Shown one piece after another: positions 28,503 through 39,158 of a stretch of DNA of 64,000 nucleotides. Numbering within the stretch: position 1 is the first letter of the stretch; each line of letters begins with the position of its first letter. Position numbers and translations under genes: made by a program. A model generated the notes under the pieces. That model did not search any database, had not been told where the DNA came from, and saw nothing but the letters and a program-made list of their open reading frames with translations. This stretch comes from Candidatus Eiseniibacteriota bacterium (GTDB lineage Bacteria > Eisenbacteria > RBG-16-71-46 > CAIMUX01 > VGJL01): NCBI GenBank assembly GCA_963792585.1, contig CAWBWI010000003.1:768001-832000 (forward strand), written 5' to 3'.

Positions 28503-29189
28503 TCACCTCTTATCGACGGTGGTGATGTTGGTGGTTCGGTCGCTCGGCATGTGGTTCCGGTCCCCCGCCTTGCCCACGTACGTCTTGCTCGCCGCGTAGA
28601 GGTGCGAGAAGAGGTGCGGGATCTCGCGCTTCGTGACCCAGTTGACGATGAAGCCGGGGATCCACTTCACGCCCGGGTCGGTGTAGACGCAGTACGTGAC
28701 ACGGGACAACGTGTCGGATGCCTCATCGACCGACCAGTACCCGCGGATCTCCCGCACGTTCCCGTAACCGTGGATCTGGTCGAAGTGCATCGTCCGGTTC
28801 GAATGATCGTTGATGACCCGAAGTCTGTACGTCCTATCGGCATAGACGGGGACACCGAGTTCATACCGCGAGATCAACGTGTCGCCGTTCTCGTACTCAC
28901 GCACGATCTTGTTCAGGCCGGGCCAATCGCGGTCCTTCTCGTTCGCCATCGCCTTCCAGATCGCCTCGCCGGGAAGACGAAGCCGGCCCTTCGCGATCAG
29001 ATGCCGCAGACCGGGCCGGTCGGTTCCCTCGATGTGGAGGCTATCGACGACCCAGCCGTGCTCTGCCAACGTTTCATTCGCGTCCCGGGCGTCGTCCTGC
29101 TCGTCGGCGCGCGCTACGATCGGGCGCAGCAGAAGAATGCCGAGCAAGGCCACAGCGAGCGTCAGACGCTGGATCCATGTTCGGTTCAT
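28503..29189 (-). CDS. Secreted START/SRPBCC-like protein
   Basis: Signal peptide (ARA|D); GYWSV...VTYCVYTDPGVKWIPGFIVNW START-like C-terminus. Confidence 0.6.
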   Translation of the reverse strand: MNRTWIQRLTLAVALLGILLLRPIVARADEQDDARDANETLAEHGWVVDSLHIEGTDRPGLRHLIAKGRLRLPGEAIWKAMANEKDRDWPGLNKIVREYENGDTLISRYELGVPVYADRTYRLRVINDHSNRTMHFDQIHGYGNVREIRGYWSVDEASDTLSRVTYCVYTDPGVKWIPGFIVNWVTKREIPHLFSHLYAASKTYVGKAGDRNHMPSDRTTNITTVDKR

Positions 29190-29317
29190 CAGAAGCCACT
29201 CCGTTCCTATGTTCGGTTGGGTGGATTTCCCACCTTCCATTGGTTTCGGATCCTGCTCCTCCATGGGGGAGGCTCAAATAGTAACGTTTAACCGTACCAC
29301 GACCCTCCCGAATCCGG

Positions 29318-30445
29318 CTACGGCACGGGGCCGACCATCCGGAACGCGCGGAGGTGATCGGCCAACATATTGGCCGCCAATCGGTTCCCGGAGACGCTCC
29401 AGTGCGTGTCGTTGGGGATATAGGAGCGCTCGCCCCCTTGCCGCGCTTCCCGGAAGCCGGGAAGGAGATCGAGCATGTCGATCCCGCGCGTTCCGCTGAA
29501 AACACCCAGCCGCCGCTGCGGTCCATCGAAGTCGTAATCGGCGGGATCGAGGTGAAGTCCCTCGAGAACTCCGTTTCGGATCTCCGGGTCCACCTGGAGT
29601 TCGGAGGGGATCAAGAGCAGCGTCCAGGGAACCTCCGCCTGTCGGCAGGTCTGATCGAAGGCCTCCAGGAGCTGCTCGGCCTGGGCCCAGAGTTCTTCCA
29701 TCCGCGGGGAGGGATCGCGCGCGTAGACGGGCAACCGGTTCTTCTCGACCACGCGGTAATAGGTCGAGGGCTTGCCCGGCGGCGCGGCCGATCCCGCGAC
29801 GCGCTTCAGGTTCGCGATCCTCACCTTCGTCACGAAGACACGCTCGCCGAGGGCGAAGAGCTGCGAGCGACGCAGGAGGTCGGTCCAGCGGCTCGCGGAG
29901 CCGGTGAAGTAGACCCCGCCGCCGCGCACCGCGCCGTGCATCGGGATACCGGTGATGTCGTTGCCAATATAGAAACAGAGGACCACCCGGTCGGGGTCGA
30001 CGGCGAGGCCGGCTGTCCGGAGCACGCCGAGGTACTCCGACGGTCCGTAGCCGCCGAGGCCCATCATCGCGACATCCGCGCCGAGTTCGCGCCCCGCGAC
30101 GCGGAGGAAGTTGTCCTCGATTCTCACGGCGCCCAGGACGAACGAGTCGCCGATGCCCACGATCCGTTCGGTCCCATCGGGCCTGGGAACCGGGTGTTCG
30201 CGGTCTCGGAAACCGAAGGCGTTGACGCGGTCCTCCGGGTCGCGATCGTCCTCCCAGAAGGGGCCGGGACGGAGGCGATAGCCGGTCGCGGGGTCTCGCA
30301 GGTAGCGGGAGCGCGGCGGATCGGGCGTGAGGGCGAAGTAGAGCCGGACGACTCCCTCGCTGATCAGAAGGGCCGCGACCAACCCGATCAGGATCACGGG
30401 AATGTCGCGTCGCGGGTCGAATCGGCCCTTCGCGCGTGCAACCAT
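29318..30445 (-). CDS. SGNH/GDSL hydrolase family protein (AlgX/AlgJ-like) with N-terminal TM
   Basis: NAFGFRD, IGDSFVLG, GYGP, GND, DTHWSVSGN. Confidence 0.85.
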   Translation of the reverse strand: MVARAKGRFDPRRDIPVILIGLVAALLISEGVVRLYFALTPDPPRSRYLRDPATGYRLRPGPFWEDDRDPEDRVNAFGFRDREHPVPRPDGTERIVGIGDSFVLGAVRIEDNFLRVAGRELGADVAMMGLGGYGPSEYLGVLRTAGLAVDPDRVVLCFYIGNDITGIPMHGAVRGGGVYFTGSASRWTDLLRRSQLFALGERVFVTKVRIANLKRVAGSAAPPGKPSTYYRVVEKNRLPVYARDPSPRMEELWAQAEQLLEAFDQTCRQAEVPWTLLLIPSELQVDPEIRNGVLEGLHLDPADYDFDGPQRRLGVFSGTRGIDMLDLLPGFREARQGGERSYIPNDTHWSVSGNRLAANMLADHLRAFRMVGPVP

Positions 30446-30582
30446 GGGGACCAAGATAGCACCCCGGCCTTGCTCCGTTCGAAATGCGCCGCGTATCCTC
30501 GCCGGGGCTTGGATCCCGAACGAAATCCGGGCGGTAGTGTAGGGTCCCAACCCCAAGCAGGGAAATCGTCCGAAGGAGGTGC

Positions 30583-31830
30583 ATGAAGTCTCGATCCGGT
30601 CCCGCCCGTCGATTCCTGATCGTCTATGCCCAGTCGAGCTTCTGGAGCATGGGGGATGGGATCGGCGCGGGCTCGTTCTGGCGCACGCCGCGCGCGCTGG
30701 CCGACCGCGGGCACGAGGTCCACATCGTGCTCCCCGCGCCGCCCGGGCAGCCGGGAAGCGTGGAAGAGCGCGAGGGGGTGCGTCTCCACCTGTACCCGTC
30801 GAAGACCGACTTCGTCCTGCCGATGGCAATCCTGCCGGTGCGGCTGGCCATGCGGGCCTGGATCTACTCCGCCTATCAGCGGATCGGGACACGAAGCGCG
30901 CTCGAGGTCGCCGGCGAGGTCCGCCCGGAGATCGTCCTGGCCTTCGGCACCTTCGAGGCGCCGGTCGCCCGCAAGGTCGCCCGCGCGCTCGGGGTTCCCA
31001 ACGTGACGCGCCTCTTCGGCAACTCGCTCTCGCTCACCCTGGGCGACCCGCTCCGCTTTCACCTGAACTTCCCGGAGGTGCTGGCCTTCCGTACGCCGTG
31101 CGCCCGCCTGATCCTGACCAACGACGGCGCGGACGGCGAAGCGGTCGCGCGCCGTTGCGGAGTCCCGCCCGAGCGCTTCGTCCACCTGCGCAATGCCCTC
31201 GACTTCGAGACGTTCACGCCGGGGCCTGCCGATCCCGAGATCTTTCGGAAGCTCGATCTGCCGGAGACGGCGCCGCTCTTGATGACGGTGACCCGGCTCG
31301 CCTACGAGAAGAAGCTCGAGCGGTTGATCGAGGCGATGCCCGCGCTGCTCGCCCGTGCGCCGCAGGCGGTCGCGGTCCTCGTCGGCGAAGGGCCGGAGCG
31401 CGCGCACCTGGAAGCGCGCGCCCGCGAGCGGGGCGTCGCGCACGCGGTCAGGATGCCCGGCGCCGTCGCCAATCGCGATCTCCCCGCCTGGTATCGTTCG
31501 GCGGCGATCGTCCTATCGCTTCTCGACCGCACGAACGCCAGCAATCCGGTCTTCGAGGGGATGGCGTGCGAGCGCTGCGTCGTCGCGCTCGATGCGGGGA
31601 CGACGCGCGAACTGGTGCTTGACGACCGTACCGGCGTGCTCGTCGCGCAGGACGATCTGCAGGGACTGGGCGGGACCCTGGCCGATCTCGTGCTCGATCC
31701 CGAGCGGCGGATCCGGCTCGGAAAGGCGGCGCGCACGCACGTCCGCACGCTCCTGCTCGATCCGCCCGCCAGGATGGATCAGGAGATCGCGATCCTCCTT
31801 CAAGTGATCGAGGAAGGGAATCGAGGATGA
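30583..31830 (+). CDS. GT4 glycosyltransferase
   Basis: LADRGHEVHIV, RLAYEKK, LVGEGPER, FEGMAC, TGVLV. Confidence 0.9.
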   Translation: MKSRSGPARRFLIVYAQSSFWSMGDGIGAGSFWRTPRALADRGHEVHIVLPAPPGQPGSVEEREGVRLHLYPSKTDFVLPMAILPVRLAMRAWIYSAYQRIGTRSALEVAGEVRPEIVLAFGTFEAPVARKVARALGVPNVTRLFGNSLSLTLGDPLRFHLNFPEVLAFRTPCARLILTNDGADGEAVARRCGVPPERFVHLRNALDFETFTPGPADPEIFRKLDLPETAPLLMTVTRLAYEKKLERLIEAMPALLARAPQAVAVLVGEGPERAHLEARARERGVAHAVRMPGAVANRDLPAWYRSAAIVLSLLDRTNASNPVFEGMACERCVVALDAGTTRELVLDDRTGVLVAQDDLQGLGGTLADLVLDPERRIRLGKAARTHVRTLLLDPPARMDQEIAILLQVIEEGNRG

Positions 31831-32987
31831 GGGACGCGCGGCCGGCGGCCGCCCACCTCGTGAGCCCGTACCTGTTCGTCACGGGCTCCTGGATCCACGC
31901 GCAGCTTCTGCACAATCCCCGGTACCGGTCGATCGTGATGACACAGGCGACCGAAAACCTGGACGTCTTTCCGTTCGAGCCGGTCTATGACTTCGGGCGC
32001 GGAAGATCGGCGGCGGAGCGCGCGGCGTTCGCATTCGAGAAATACCTGCGCGGCCGCTTTCCCGCCGCGCCGTACGAGGATGCCGCGGCGCGGGAGGGGG
32101 TCGTCCTGCTCCACGCGCACCAAGGATGGGAAGGGGCGCGGACCGTTCACCTACGCAAGGCGCTGGGCGTGCCGATCGTCACCTCCTTCTATGGCCGCGA
32201 CGCGACCATGCTGCCGCGCAAGGCCTACTGGCGCGCGCTCTATGCGCGGCTGTTCCGTGAAGGAGACCGCTTCATCGCCGAGGGACCCTACATGGGCCGC
32301 ACGCTCGAGGCGATCGGCTGCCCGCTGGAGAAGATCCGCGTCGTCCATCTCGGCGTCGATCTCGCGAGGATCCCCTTCGTCGAGCGCCGCCCCGATCCGA
32401 GTGGACGGGTGACGGGCCTGATCGCGGCGAGCTTCCGCGAGAAGAAGGGGATCGCCTATGCGCTGGAGGCGCTCGCGCGCCTTGCCCCCCGGCGACCCGC
32501 GCTGCGGCTACGGATCATCGGGGACGGACCGCTCCGGCCGGAGATCGAGCGGAGGGTCGCGCGTCCGGATCTCGCCGGCAGGGTCGATCTCCTGGGATAC
32601 CGGGACTTCCCGCTCTACCTCGAGGAACTCCGCAGGGCGGACTTCCTCATGGCTCCGAGCGTGACGGCCGCTGACGGCGATTGCGAGGGAGGAGCCCCGG
32701 TCTGCCTCCTGGACGCCCAGGCCTCCGGGCTGCCGATCCTCGCAACGACCCACTGCGATATCCCCGAGGTCACCGTGCCCGGCCGCTCTGCGTTCCTTGC
32801 GCCGGAGCGGGACGCGGCGGCGCTCGCGGAGAACCTCGAGCGGCTCCTCGCCCATCCGGAGGAGTGGCCGGCGATGGGACGCGCGGGGCGCGCGCACGTC
32901 GAGACGGAATTCGATGTCCGCCGGCAGGGGGAGCGGATGGCGGCGCTCTACGATGACGCGTTGAAGCGCCCGCGGGGCGGGGCGTAG
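31827..32987 (+). CDS. GT4 glycosyltransferase (WcaL-like)
   Basis: HAHQG, SFYGRD, FREKKG, PSVTAADGDCEGGAPVCLLDAQASGLP. Confidence 0.9.
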   Translation: MRDARPAAAHLVSPYLFVTGSWIHAQLLHNPRYRSIVMTQATENLDVFPFEPVYDFGRGRSAAERAAFAFEKYLRGRFPAAPYEDAAAREGVVLLHAHQGWEGARTVHLRKALGVPIVTSFYGRDATMLPRKAYWRALYARLFREGDRFIAEGPYMGRTLEAIGCPLEKIRVVHLGVDLARIPFVERRPDPSGRVTGLIAASFREKKGIAYALEALARLAPRRPALRLRIIGDGPLRPEIERRVARPDLAGRVDLLGYRDFPLYLEELRRADFLMAPSVTAADGDCEGGAPVCLLDAQASGLPILATTHCDIPEVTVPGRSAFLAPERDAAALAENLERLLAHPEEWPAMGRAGRAHVETEFDVRRQGERMAALYDDALKRPRGGA

Positions 32988-33038
32988 AGTCTCCCCGGGA
33001 CTCGGTGCTTTGGGGACGATGGAAGAAGGAGGGGTGTG

Positions 33039-34160
33039 GTGGATCCTCGGAACACGAAGCTTGCCAGACCTGCTGGTCGACTATTCCTGCGAGGTCAAGA
33101 AGGGCGAGAAGCTGCTCATCGAGTGCAACGGCTTCGATGCGCTCGATCTCGTCCACGAGATCACGCACGTCGCGGTCACGAAGGGCGCGCACGTCTATCA
33201 CAACTTCCGCCACGATCGGCTGAACCGCCGCTTCCTGCTCGACGCCGACGAGGAGCAGATCAAGGCGCACGCGAAGTACGACCTGTTCCGCATGAAGGAC
33301 ATGGACTGCTTCATCGGCATTCGCGGGAGCGGGAACACGATGGAGATGAGCGACGTTCCCTCGGGGCAGATGAAACTCTTCGGGAAGCACTACGCCACGC
33401 CGGTCCACTTCAAGGTGCGCGTGCCGAAGACCCGGTGGGTCGTTCTCCGCTATCCCAACGATTCGATGGCCCAGAATGCGCACAAGCCGCTCCAGGTCTT
33501 CGAGGACTTCTACTTCAACGTCTGCACGCTCGACTACGGGAAGATGTCGAAGGCGATGGATCCGCTGAAGGCGATGATGGATGCGACCGACAAGGTCGCC
33601 ATCAAGGCGCCGGGCACCGATCTGACCTTCTCGATCGCGGGCCTGAAGGCGATCAAGTGCGACGGCAAGCTGAACATCCCCGATGGCGAGTGCTACACGG
33701 CGCCGGTGAAGACGAGCATCAACGGCACGATCCGTTTCAATACGCCGGCCCTGAACGAAGGGGTCGTATTCGACGAGATCAAGCTGACGTTCAGGAACGG
33801 CAAGGTCGTCGAGGCGGACGCGGGCGGGCAAACGGGGAAGCTCGAGGAGGTCCTGAATCGGGATGCGGGATCGCGGTACGTCGGCGAGTTCGCCCTGGGG
33901 TTCAACCCCTACGTGACCGACGCGATGCTCGATGCCCTCTTCGATGAAAAGATCGCGGGCAGCCTCCACATGGCCCTCGGCAACTCGTACGACGATTGCT
34001 TCAACGGGAACCGCTCCTCGATCCACTGGGACCTCGTTCACATCCAGCGGCCCGAGCAAGGGCGGCGGCGAGATCTGGTTCGACGGCAAGCTCGTGCGCA
34101 AGGACGGGCTGCTTCGTCCCGAAGGAGTTGCAGGGACTGAATCCGAACAAGCTGAAGTAA
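33039..34160 (+). CDS. M29 aminopeptidase (AmpS/PepS-like), with three apparent +1 frameshifts
   Basis: MDPRNTKLA|LLVDYS..., RWVVLRYP, NIPDGECYTAP, GEFALGFN, LFDEKIAGSLHMALG, SIHWDLV, GGGEIWFDGKLVRKDG..LNPNKLK*; frame changes near 33068, 34058 and 34111. Confidence 0.85.
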
Positions 34161-34343
34161 CGCTTCGGAAACCGCCCTTCGCGGGCATGAGACAGACGCC
34201 GGCGCCGGGGGAAATGACCCGACGCCGGCGCGCAATTCAGGGTCGATCGCGGTGCGCAACCCCTGCCGGGATGGGGGGCAGGTGCGGTAGAATAGAGGAA
34301 GGCTGATCGAGAGAGCATCCCAGACGCGCTCACCGGAGGTCGG

Positions 34344-36887
34344 ATGTCCCGTCTTGCGAGATTCCCCCTTATCCCATTGGTATTGCTGCTCTTGTTGACA
34401 CCCGCGGTGGCGGGGGCACGCCATGGGTTGCCGCCGGCGGAGGGCGGAACCTCGATCGAACTCGACCGCCGTTCGCATCCGACACTGACCCAGGCCTGGG
34501 ACGCCGTGCAGAAGGGGGATTGGTCCGACCCGCGGCTAGACGGAATCGAGGGGCTCGAGGGGGCAAGGGTCCTCCACACCGAAGCCGATTGGGTGCTCCT
34601 CTGGGTGAGCGACGAACAGGTCGAGCAGCTGCGCGCCGAAGGCGTGCGCGTCAGTCAACCGAAGTCGCGTCCCGTCGAATCGCCGCGCGCGATCATCCGC
34701 CAGCAGGAGCAGGGCAATCGCAGCATCTCGCAGCTCCAGAGCCTCGCCGATGCCGTCAACGCCGATCGGATGATGGCCCACCTCGACCTGCTCTCGACCC
34801 AGCTGCAAACCCGCTACTACAACACGACCGGGATGCAGGCGGCCACGCAGTACGTCTACGATCGCTTCATCGAGTACGGGCTCACCGATGTTCACTTCGA
34901 CAACTTCACGTACAACGGCTACACGGTTCGCAACGTGATCGGCGTCAAGACCGGCGCGGTCTACCCGAGCCGCCGGTACATGATCTGCGGTCACCTCGAC
35001 TCGACCTCCCCCCAAGCCGCGACCCTCGCGCCCGGCGCGGAAGACAACGGCACCGGGTCGGCGGGCGTGCTCGAGGCGGCGCGCCTGCTCGGCAATGTGC
35101 AGACCGATGCGACGATCTACTTCGTCTGCTTCAGCGCCGAAGAGCAGGGACTCATCGGAAGCGAGCACCTCGCGACCATCGCCGATCAAGAGAACTGGGA
35201 CCTTCGAGGCGTATTGAACATGGACATGGTCGGTTACGATCGTCCGGGCGCGCCCGATCTGTGGATCGAGGGATTCCACGCGAACGCGGGCTCGATCGCC
35301 TTGATGGACGCGCTCGAGGGTGTGGCGAATGCGTACACCGACATGAGCGTCTACCGCTATCCGCAGGATGGTTGGGGAAGCGACCACGAATCGTTCAACG
35401 GCCACGGCTTCCCGGCGATCCTGGCCATCGACTACGACTGGGACAACTACTCCTGCTACCACCAGACGTGCGATGTCGTCGCCAACCTGGTGCCCACACA
35501 GCTCCGGCGGATGGTCGTCGCCGTCACGCTGACGGGCGCGCAGCTCGCCGGTGTGCAGACAACCCTCGGTTCGATTCAGGGGATCGCGGACAAGACGGAC
35601 ACCGGGGACGACTCCGGGGTCACGCTCGAACTCGCCGGAACCGGATACCCGCCGGCGACCTCGGGGGGAAGCGGAGCGTTCACCCTGGCCGATCTGATTC
35701 CAGGCAGCTACGAGCTGCGGGCGAGCGCGGCCGGCTACGTCACGACCACGCAATCCGTGACCGTCACGGCCGGGCATGTCTCGAGCGTCAATATCGCGCT
35801 CGATCCGATCGAGGCATCGGTGGTTCTCGGAAACGTCGCCCTTCAAGGGGGCGGGCTGTCGGTCGGGGCGCGGGTCTTCGCGGAAGGGCAACTGCCGGTT
35901 GCGATCGCGGGGATCGAGGGGAACTATGACCTGGAGCCGATCGTCCCGGGCGCCGTGGTCCTGAGCGCGAACTTCGCCGGCCGGATGCCCGCGTCGCGCG
36001 CGATCGACGTCCCTTCGGGACAGACGGTGACCGGAGTCGACTTCGTGTTGAAGACCGCGTGGACCTTCGAGGACTCGAACGAAGGACTGACCGCCAACGC
36101 GGGATGGGAGTGGGGGAGCGACGCGGTCGTCGGGGCCCACTCGGGCGCAAATGTGTGGGGGACGGTCCTCAACGCGAACTACGTCAACTGCGCCGACTAT
36201 CGACTCGATCTGCCTACGCTCGACTTGCGGTTCTACACGAACGCGCGTCTTCACTACTGGCAGTGGTACAAGACAGAAGCCACGTACGACGGCGGGAACA
36301 TCCAGGTCTCGACCGACCACGGAGCGACCTGGACGCGGGTCGTTCCGGTCGGCGGCTACAGCGACAACCTGCGCGGGAGCTGCAATCCGCTCGCGGGGCA
36401 ACCGGGCTTCGGCGGCAGCCGCGCCAGCTGGACTGAAGTGATCGTGGATCTGAACGCCTACCTGGGCCGCTCGATCCGCGTCCGTCTCTGGTTCGGCAGT
36501 GACGGCGGTTCGAGAGATCGAGGTTGGTACGTCGACGATTTCTCGCTCGAGGGAACCTTGCAACCGTCGGATGTCGCCGAGCACGGCGACGACGACAACG
36601 GTCCGCGAATCCTCGCGGGCCTGACAGTGCAGCCGAATCCGTTCCACGAGGCGGCCGGGATCCGGTTCAGCGCGGGCGCCTCCGGGCCGGCGTGGGTCAC
36701 GATCTTCGACGCCTCGGGGCGGCGGGTGCGCACCATTGCCCTGAGCACGCCGATCGAAGCGGGCGAGACATCCCTCGTCTGGGATGGCCGCGACGACGGC
36801 GGCCGGCGCGCGGCGGCGGGAGTCTACTGGGTGCGCGTATTCACAAGCGGTCGGACCCTCGTCCAACCGGTGACCTTGCTCAAATAG
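34344..36887 (+). CDS. Secreted M28 peptidase with carboxypeptidase-regulatory-like Ig domains, a beta-sandwich domain and C-terminal FlgD/T9SS-like sorting domain
   Basis: CGHLDS, PGAEDNGTG, SAEEQGLIGS, NMDMVGY, SDHESF, YHQTCD; C-terminal PNPF..IFDASGRRVR..WDGRDDGG..GVYWVR. Confidence 0.88.
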   Translation: MSRLARFPLIPLVLLLLLTPAVAGARHGLPPAEGGTSIELDRRSHPTLTQAWDAVQKGDWSDPRLDGIEGLEGARVLHTEADWVLLWVSDEQVEQLRAEGVRVSQPKSRPVESPRAIIRQQEQGNRSISQLQSLADAVNADRMMAHLDLLSTQLQTRYYNTTGMQAATQYVYDRFIEYGLTDVHFDNFTYNGYTVRNVIGVKTGAVYPSRRYMICGHLDSTSPQAATLAPGAEDNGTGSAGVLEAARLLGNVQTDATIYFVCFSAEEQGLIGSEHLATIADQENWDLRGVLNMDMVGYDRPGAPDLWIEGFHANAGSIALMDALEGVANAYTDMSVYRYPQDGWGSDHESFNGHGFPAILAIDYDWDNYSCYHQTCDVVANLVPTQLRRMVVAVTLTGAQLAGVQTTLGSIQGIADKTDTGDDSGVTLELAGTGYPPATSGGSGAFTLADLIPGSYELRASAAGYVTTTQSVTVTAGHVSSVNIALDPIEASVVLGNVALQGGGLSVGARVFAEGQLPVAIAGIEGNYDLEPIVPGAVVLSANFAGRMPASRAIDVPSGQTVTGVDFVLKTAWTFEDSNEGLTANAGWEWGSDAVVGAHSGANVWGTVLNANYVNCADYRLDLPTLDLRFYTNARLHYWQWYKTEATYDGGNIQVSTDHGATWTRVVPVGGYSDNLRGSCNPLAGQPGFGGSRASWTEVIVDLNAYLGRSIRVRLWFGSDGGSRDRGWYVDDFSLEGTLQPSDVAEHGDDDNGPRILAGLTVQPNPFHEAAGIRFSAGASGPAWVTIFDASGRRVRTIALSTPIEAGETSLVWDGRDDGGRRAAAGVYWVRVFTSGRTLVQPVTLLK

Positions 36888-36972
36888 CCGGCTGTATCAA
36901 GGGTCGCATCGCAGAGACTCCTTTAGAGTTATCAAACAGGGAACAGTTCGAACACTCGGAGGGGGCCGATCG

Positions 36973-38406
36973 ATGATGGCGCGCGCAATTGGATTCTGTT
37001 TTGTGACGCTGGTGACGATGGCATTCTGGGCCGGTTGCGGAAGCGACGGCGGCAAGAAGATCCTCCCCCCTGAAGACGAGTCCCCTCGAATCACCGCGGT
37101 GAATCCGGACAGCGCGGCGGTAGGCGACACGATCGAGGTTCTGGGGACGCGATTCGGTCCCGCGGTGGAGACGAGCCAGGTCCTTTTCGGGGCCTTTCCC
37201 GCGACGATTCCCACGTGGACCGATACCCGAATCCTCGCGGTCGTTCCGATCGGGGCGCAGAGCGGGAGCGTCAGGGTCGTCGCCGGCGGGTTGACCAGCA
37301 ATGCGGTTCCCTTCGAGGTCGGATCGGTGCTCCCTCCGCTGATCAGCGCGCTGAATCCGGATAGCGCGGCGGTAGGCGACACGATCGAGATCCTCGGACT
37401 TCGATTCGGGAGTGCGGGCGCGACGAGCCAGGTCCTCTTCGGGACGCTCGTCGCGAGCACGCCCACCTGGACCGATACGCGCATCCTGGCGGAAGTGCCG
37501 GTCGGGGCGCAGAGCGGAAGCGTTCAGGTCGTCGTCGACGGATTGGCCAGCAATGCCAAGTCCTTCCAGGTCGGATCGGTGCTCCCCCCTCTGATCGCCA
37601 CCCTGGATCCGGACAGCGGCAAGGTCGGCGACACGATCGAGATCCTCGGAGCACGATTCGGGGCTCTGGGCGTGGCGAGCCGCGTCCTCTTCGGTGCGCT
37701 CGCCGCGAGCACGCCCACATGGACGGATACGCGAATCCTCGCCGTGGTGCCCACGGGAGCTCAAACGGGGAACGTCCAGGTCGCCGTCGGAGACATGACC
37801 AGCAACTCCAAACCCTTCCGGGTGGTCGTGGAGCCTCCCCCTGTCATCACGATCGACCGCTTGATCCCCGCGCGCACGGTCGTAGCCGACACCGTGAACG
37901 TCGCTGGATCGGGCTTCGGCGCGACCCAAGAGACGGGCCAGGTCACCTTCGCGGGCCCCGGCGGCGCGCGCATCGAGGCCACCGTCCTCGCCTGGAGCGA
38001 GACGGAAATTCGCGTGCTGGTGCCCGGAGGCATTTCCGACGGTCTCGTTCTCGTCTCCATCGGCGGGACGCCGAGCAACGGCGCGAACTTCTCGCCCGCG
38101 CCGCGGTTGATCTCCTACACGGACGATCTGATTCCCTTGTTCCAGGCGAAGGGATGCATCTCTTGCCACGGGGGTCAGAACAATCTTCACCTCGAATCCG
38201 CCAAGGCGGCCTTGAGCGGCGAGAGCGACCACGGCCCTGTTATCCTGGTGCGCGACGGCGTGAACAGCATCCTCTATCGCAAGACGACCCCGACCCCTCC
38301 GTTCGGCGACCGCATGCCGTCCGGCTGCTCGGGCCAGGTCTGCGTCTCCGCTGCGGACGGTCTGTTGATCACCGATTGGATCGATCAGGGGGCGAGGGAC
38401 AACTAG
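36973..38406 (+). CDS. Lipoprotein with four IPT/TIG domains and a C-terminal monoheme cytochrome c
   Basis: Lipobox FWAG|C; three near-identical ~84 aa repeats (NPDSAAVGDTIE...WTDTRILAVVP) plus a fourth divergent one; CISCH and RMP motifs. Confidence 0.82.
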   Translation: MMARAIGFCFVTLVTMAFWAGCGSDGGKKILPPEDESPRITAVNPDSAAVGDTIEVLGTRFGPAVETSQVLFGAFPATIPTWTDTRILAVVPIGAQSGSVRVVAGGLTSNAVPFEVGSVLPPLISALNPDSAAVGDTIEILGLRFGSAGATSQVLFGTLVASTPTWTDTRILAEVPVGAQSGSVQVVVDGLASNAKSFQVGSVLPPLIATLDPDSGKVGDTIEILGARFGALGVASRVLFGALAASTPTWTDTRILAVVPTGAQTGNVQVAVGDMTSNSKPFRVVVEPPPVITIDRLIPARTVVADTVNVAGSGFGATQETGQVTFAGPGGARIEATVLAWSETEIRVLVPGGISDGLVLVSIGGTPSNGANFSPAPRLISYTDDLIPLFQAKGCISCHGGQNNLHLESAKAALSGESDHGPVILVRDGVNSILYRKTTPTPPFGDRMPSGCSGQVCVSAADGLLITDWIDQGARDN

Positions 38407-39041
38407 TCTCCCGCCTCTTCCCGTGAACGCGCTCGGCCGAGCGGCGCATGCCGGCCGAGCGGCAGCACGAAAAAGAGAACCCACGCGATCGCCGCGACCA
38501 GGAGTCCTCCAAGGACATCGATGAGATAGTGCTGCTTCGTGGTGAGGGTCGAGACGGCGATCAACGCGGTCCACAGGAGCAGGAGCGGACCACGGCGGGC
38601 TTCGGCCTTCCGCCAGATGAGCCAGCAGCAGGTGGCCAATCCCACGTGCAGCGAGGGGAAGCAATTGTTCGGCGGGTCGATCGTGCGGACCCAGCGAAGG
38701 ACGGCGCCCGAGAAACCGCCTCCCGCGAAGGCAAGGCGCTCGATCATCGTCGGGTGGATCAGAAAGACGATCCCGCTGCAGGTGATGACGAACGCCGTCG
38801 CCCCGACCGCCCTCCAGATCCACGGTTGTTTCGCCATTCGCATCCCGGTCAGCGCCAGGAGCGGATAGTAGCTCAAGTAGACCCAAACGCTCGCCGGAAT
38901 GACCGGGATCCGACTCTCGATGGTGAAGAACGGCAACGAAGACGGGGCGCCGGTCGGGAAGTAGTTCGTGATTCCATAGAAGAGGAAGCAGTAGGCGGCG
39001 AGTCCGGCGAGGAGGATCGCTGCGCGGGGAACCGTCAACAT
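38403..39041 (-). CDS. PAP2 superfamily membrane protein (PAP2_3/IPC-synthase-like)
   Basis: DPPNNCFPSLHV and STLTTKQHYLIDVLGG motifs; multiple TM helices. Confidence 0.85.
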   Translation of the reverse strand: MLTVPRAAILLAGLAAYCFLFYGITNYFPTGAPSSLPFFTIESRIPVIPASVWVYLSYYPLLALTGMRMAKQPWIWRAVGATAFVITCSGIVFLIHPTMIERLAFAGGGFSGAVLRWVRTIDPPNNCFPSLHVGLATCCWLIWRKAEARRGPLLLLWTALIAVSTLTTKQHYLIDVLGGLLVAAIAWVLFFVLPLGRHAPLGRARSREEAGD

Positions 39042-39158
39042 GCCTCCCTGATCCGAACCGGCAGCGGACCGCGCCGGGCAAGCTCCCATTAGATGTTGCG
39101 GATTTCCGGGACCGGCCCCTAGAGTCTCCCGGTGGTCAACTCTCGAGCACTCAAGGCG

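Noticed and set aside
33039..34160. Programmed frameshifting or pseudogenisation of the aminopeptidase (also znuA-like, znuB-like, 55520, 63847)
   Set aside because: Scattered single-base indels in otherwise intact, unrelated genes without slippery sites or in-frame stops point to sequencing or assembly error; read mapping would confirm.
34536..36866. Long antisense or alternative-frame ORFs (e.g. 34536-36866 minus, 4041-6434 plus, 8752-11391 minus, 43390-45993 plus)
   Set aside because: Shadow ORFs of real genes in high-GC DNA; Arg/Pro-rich with no motifs.
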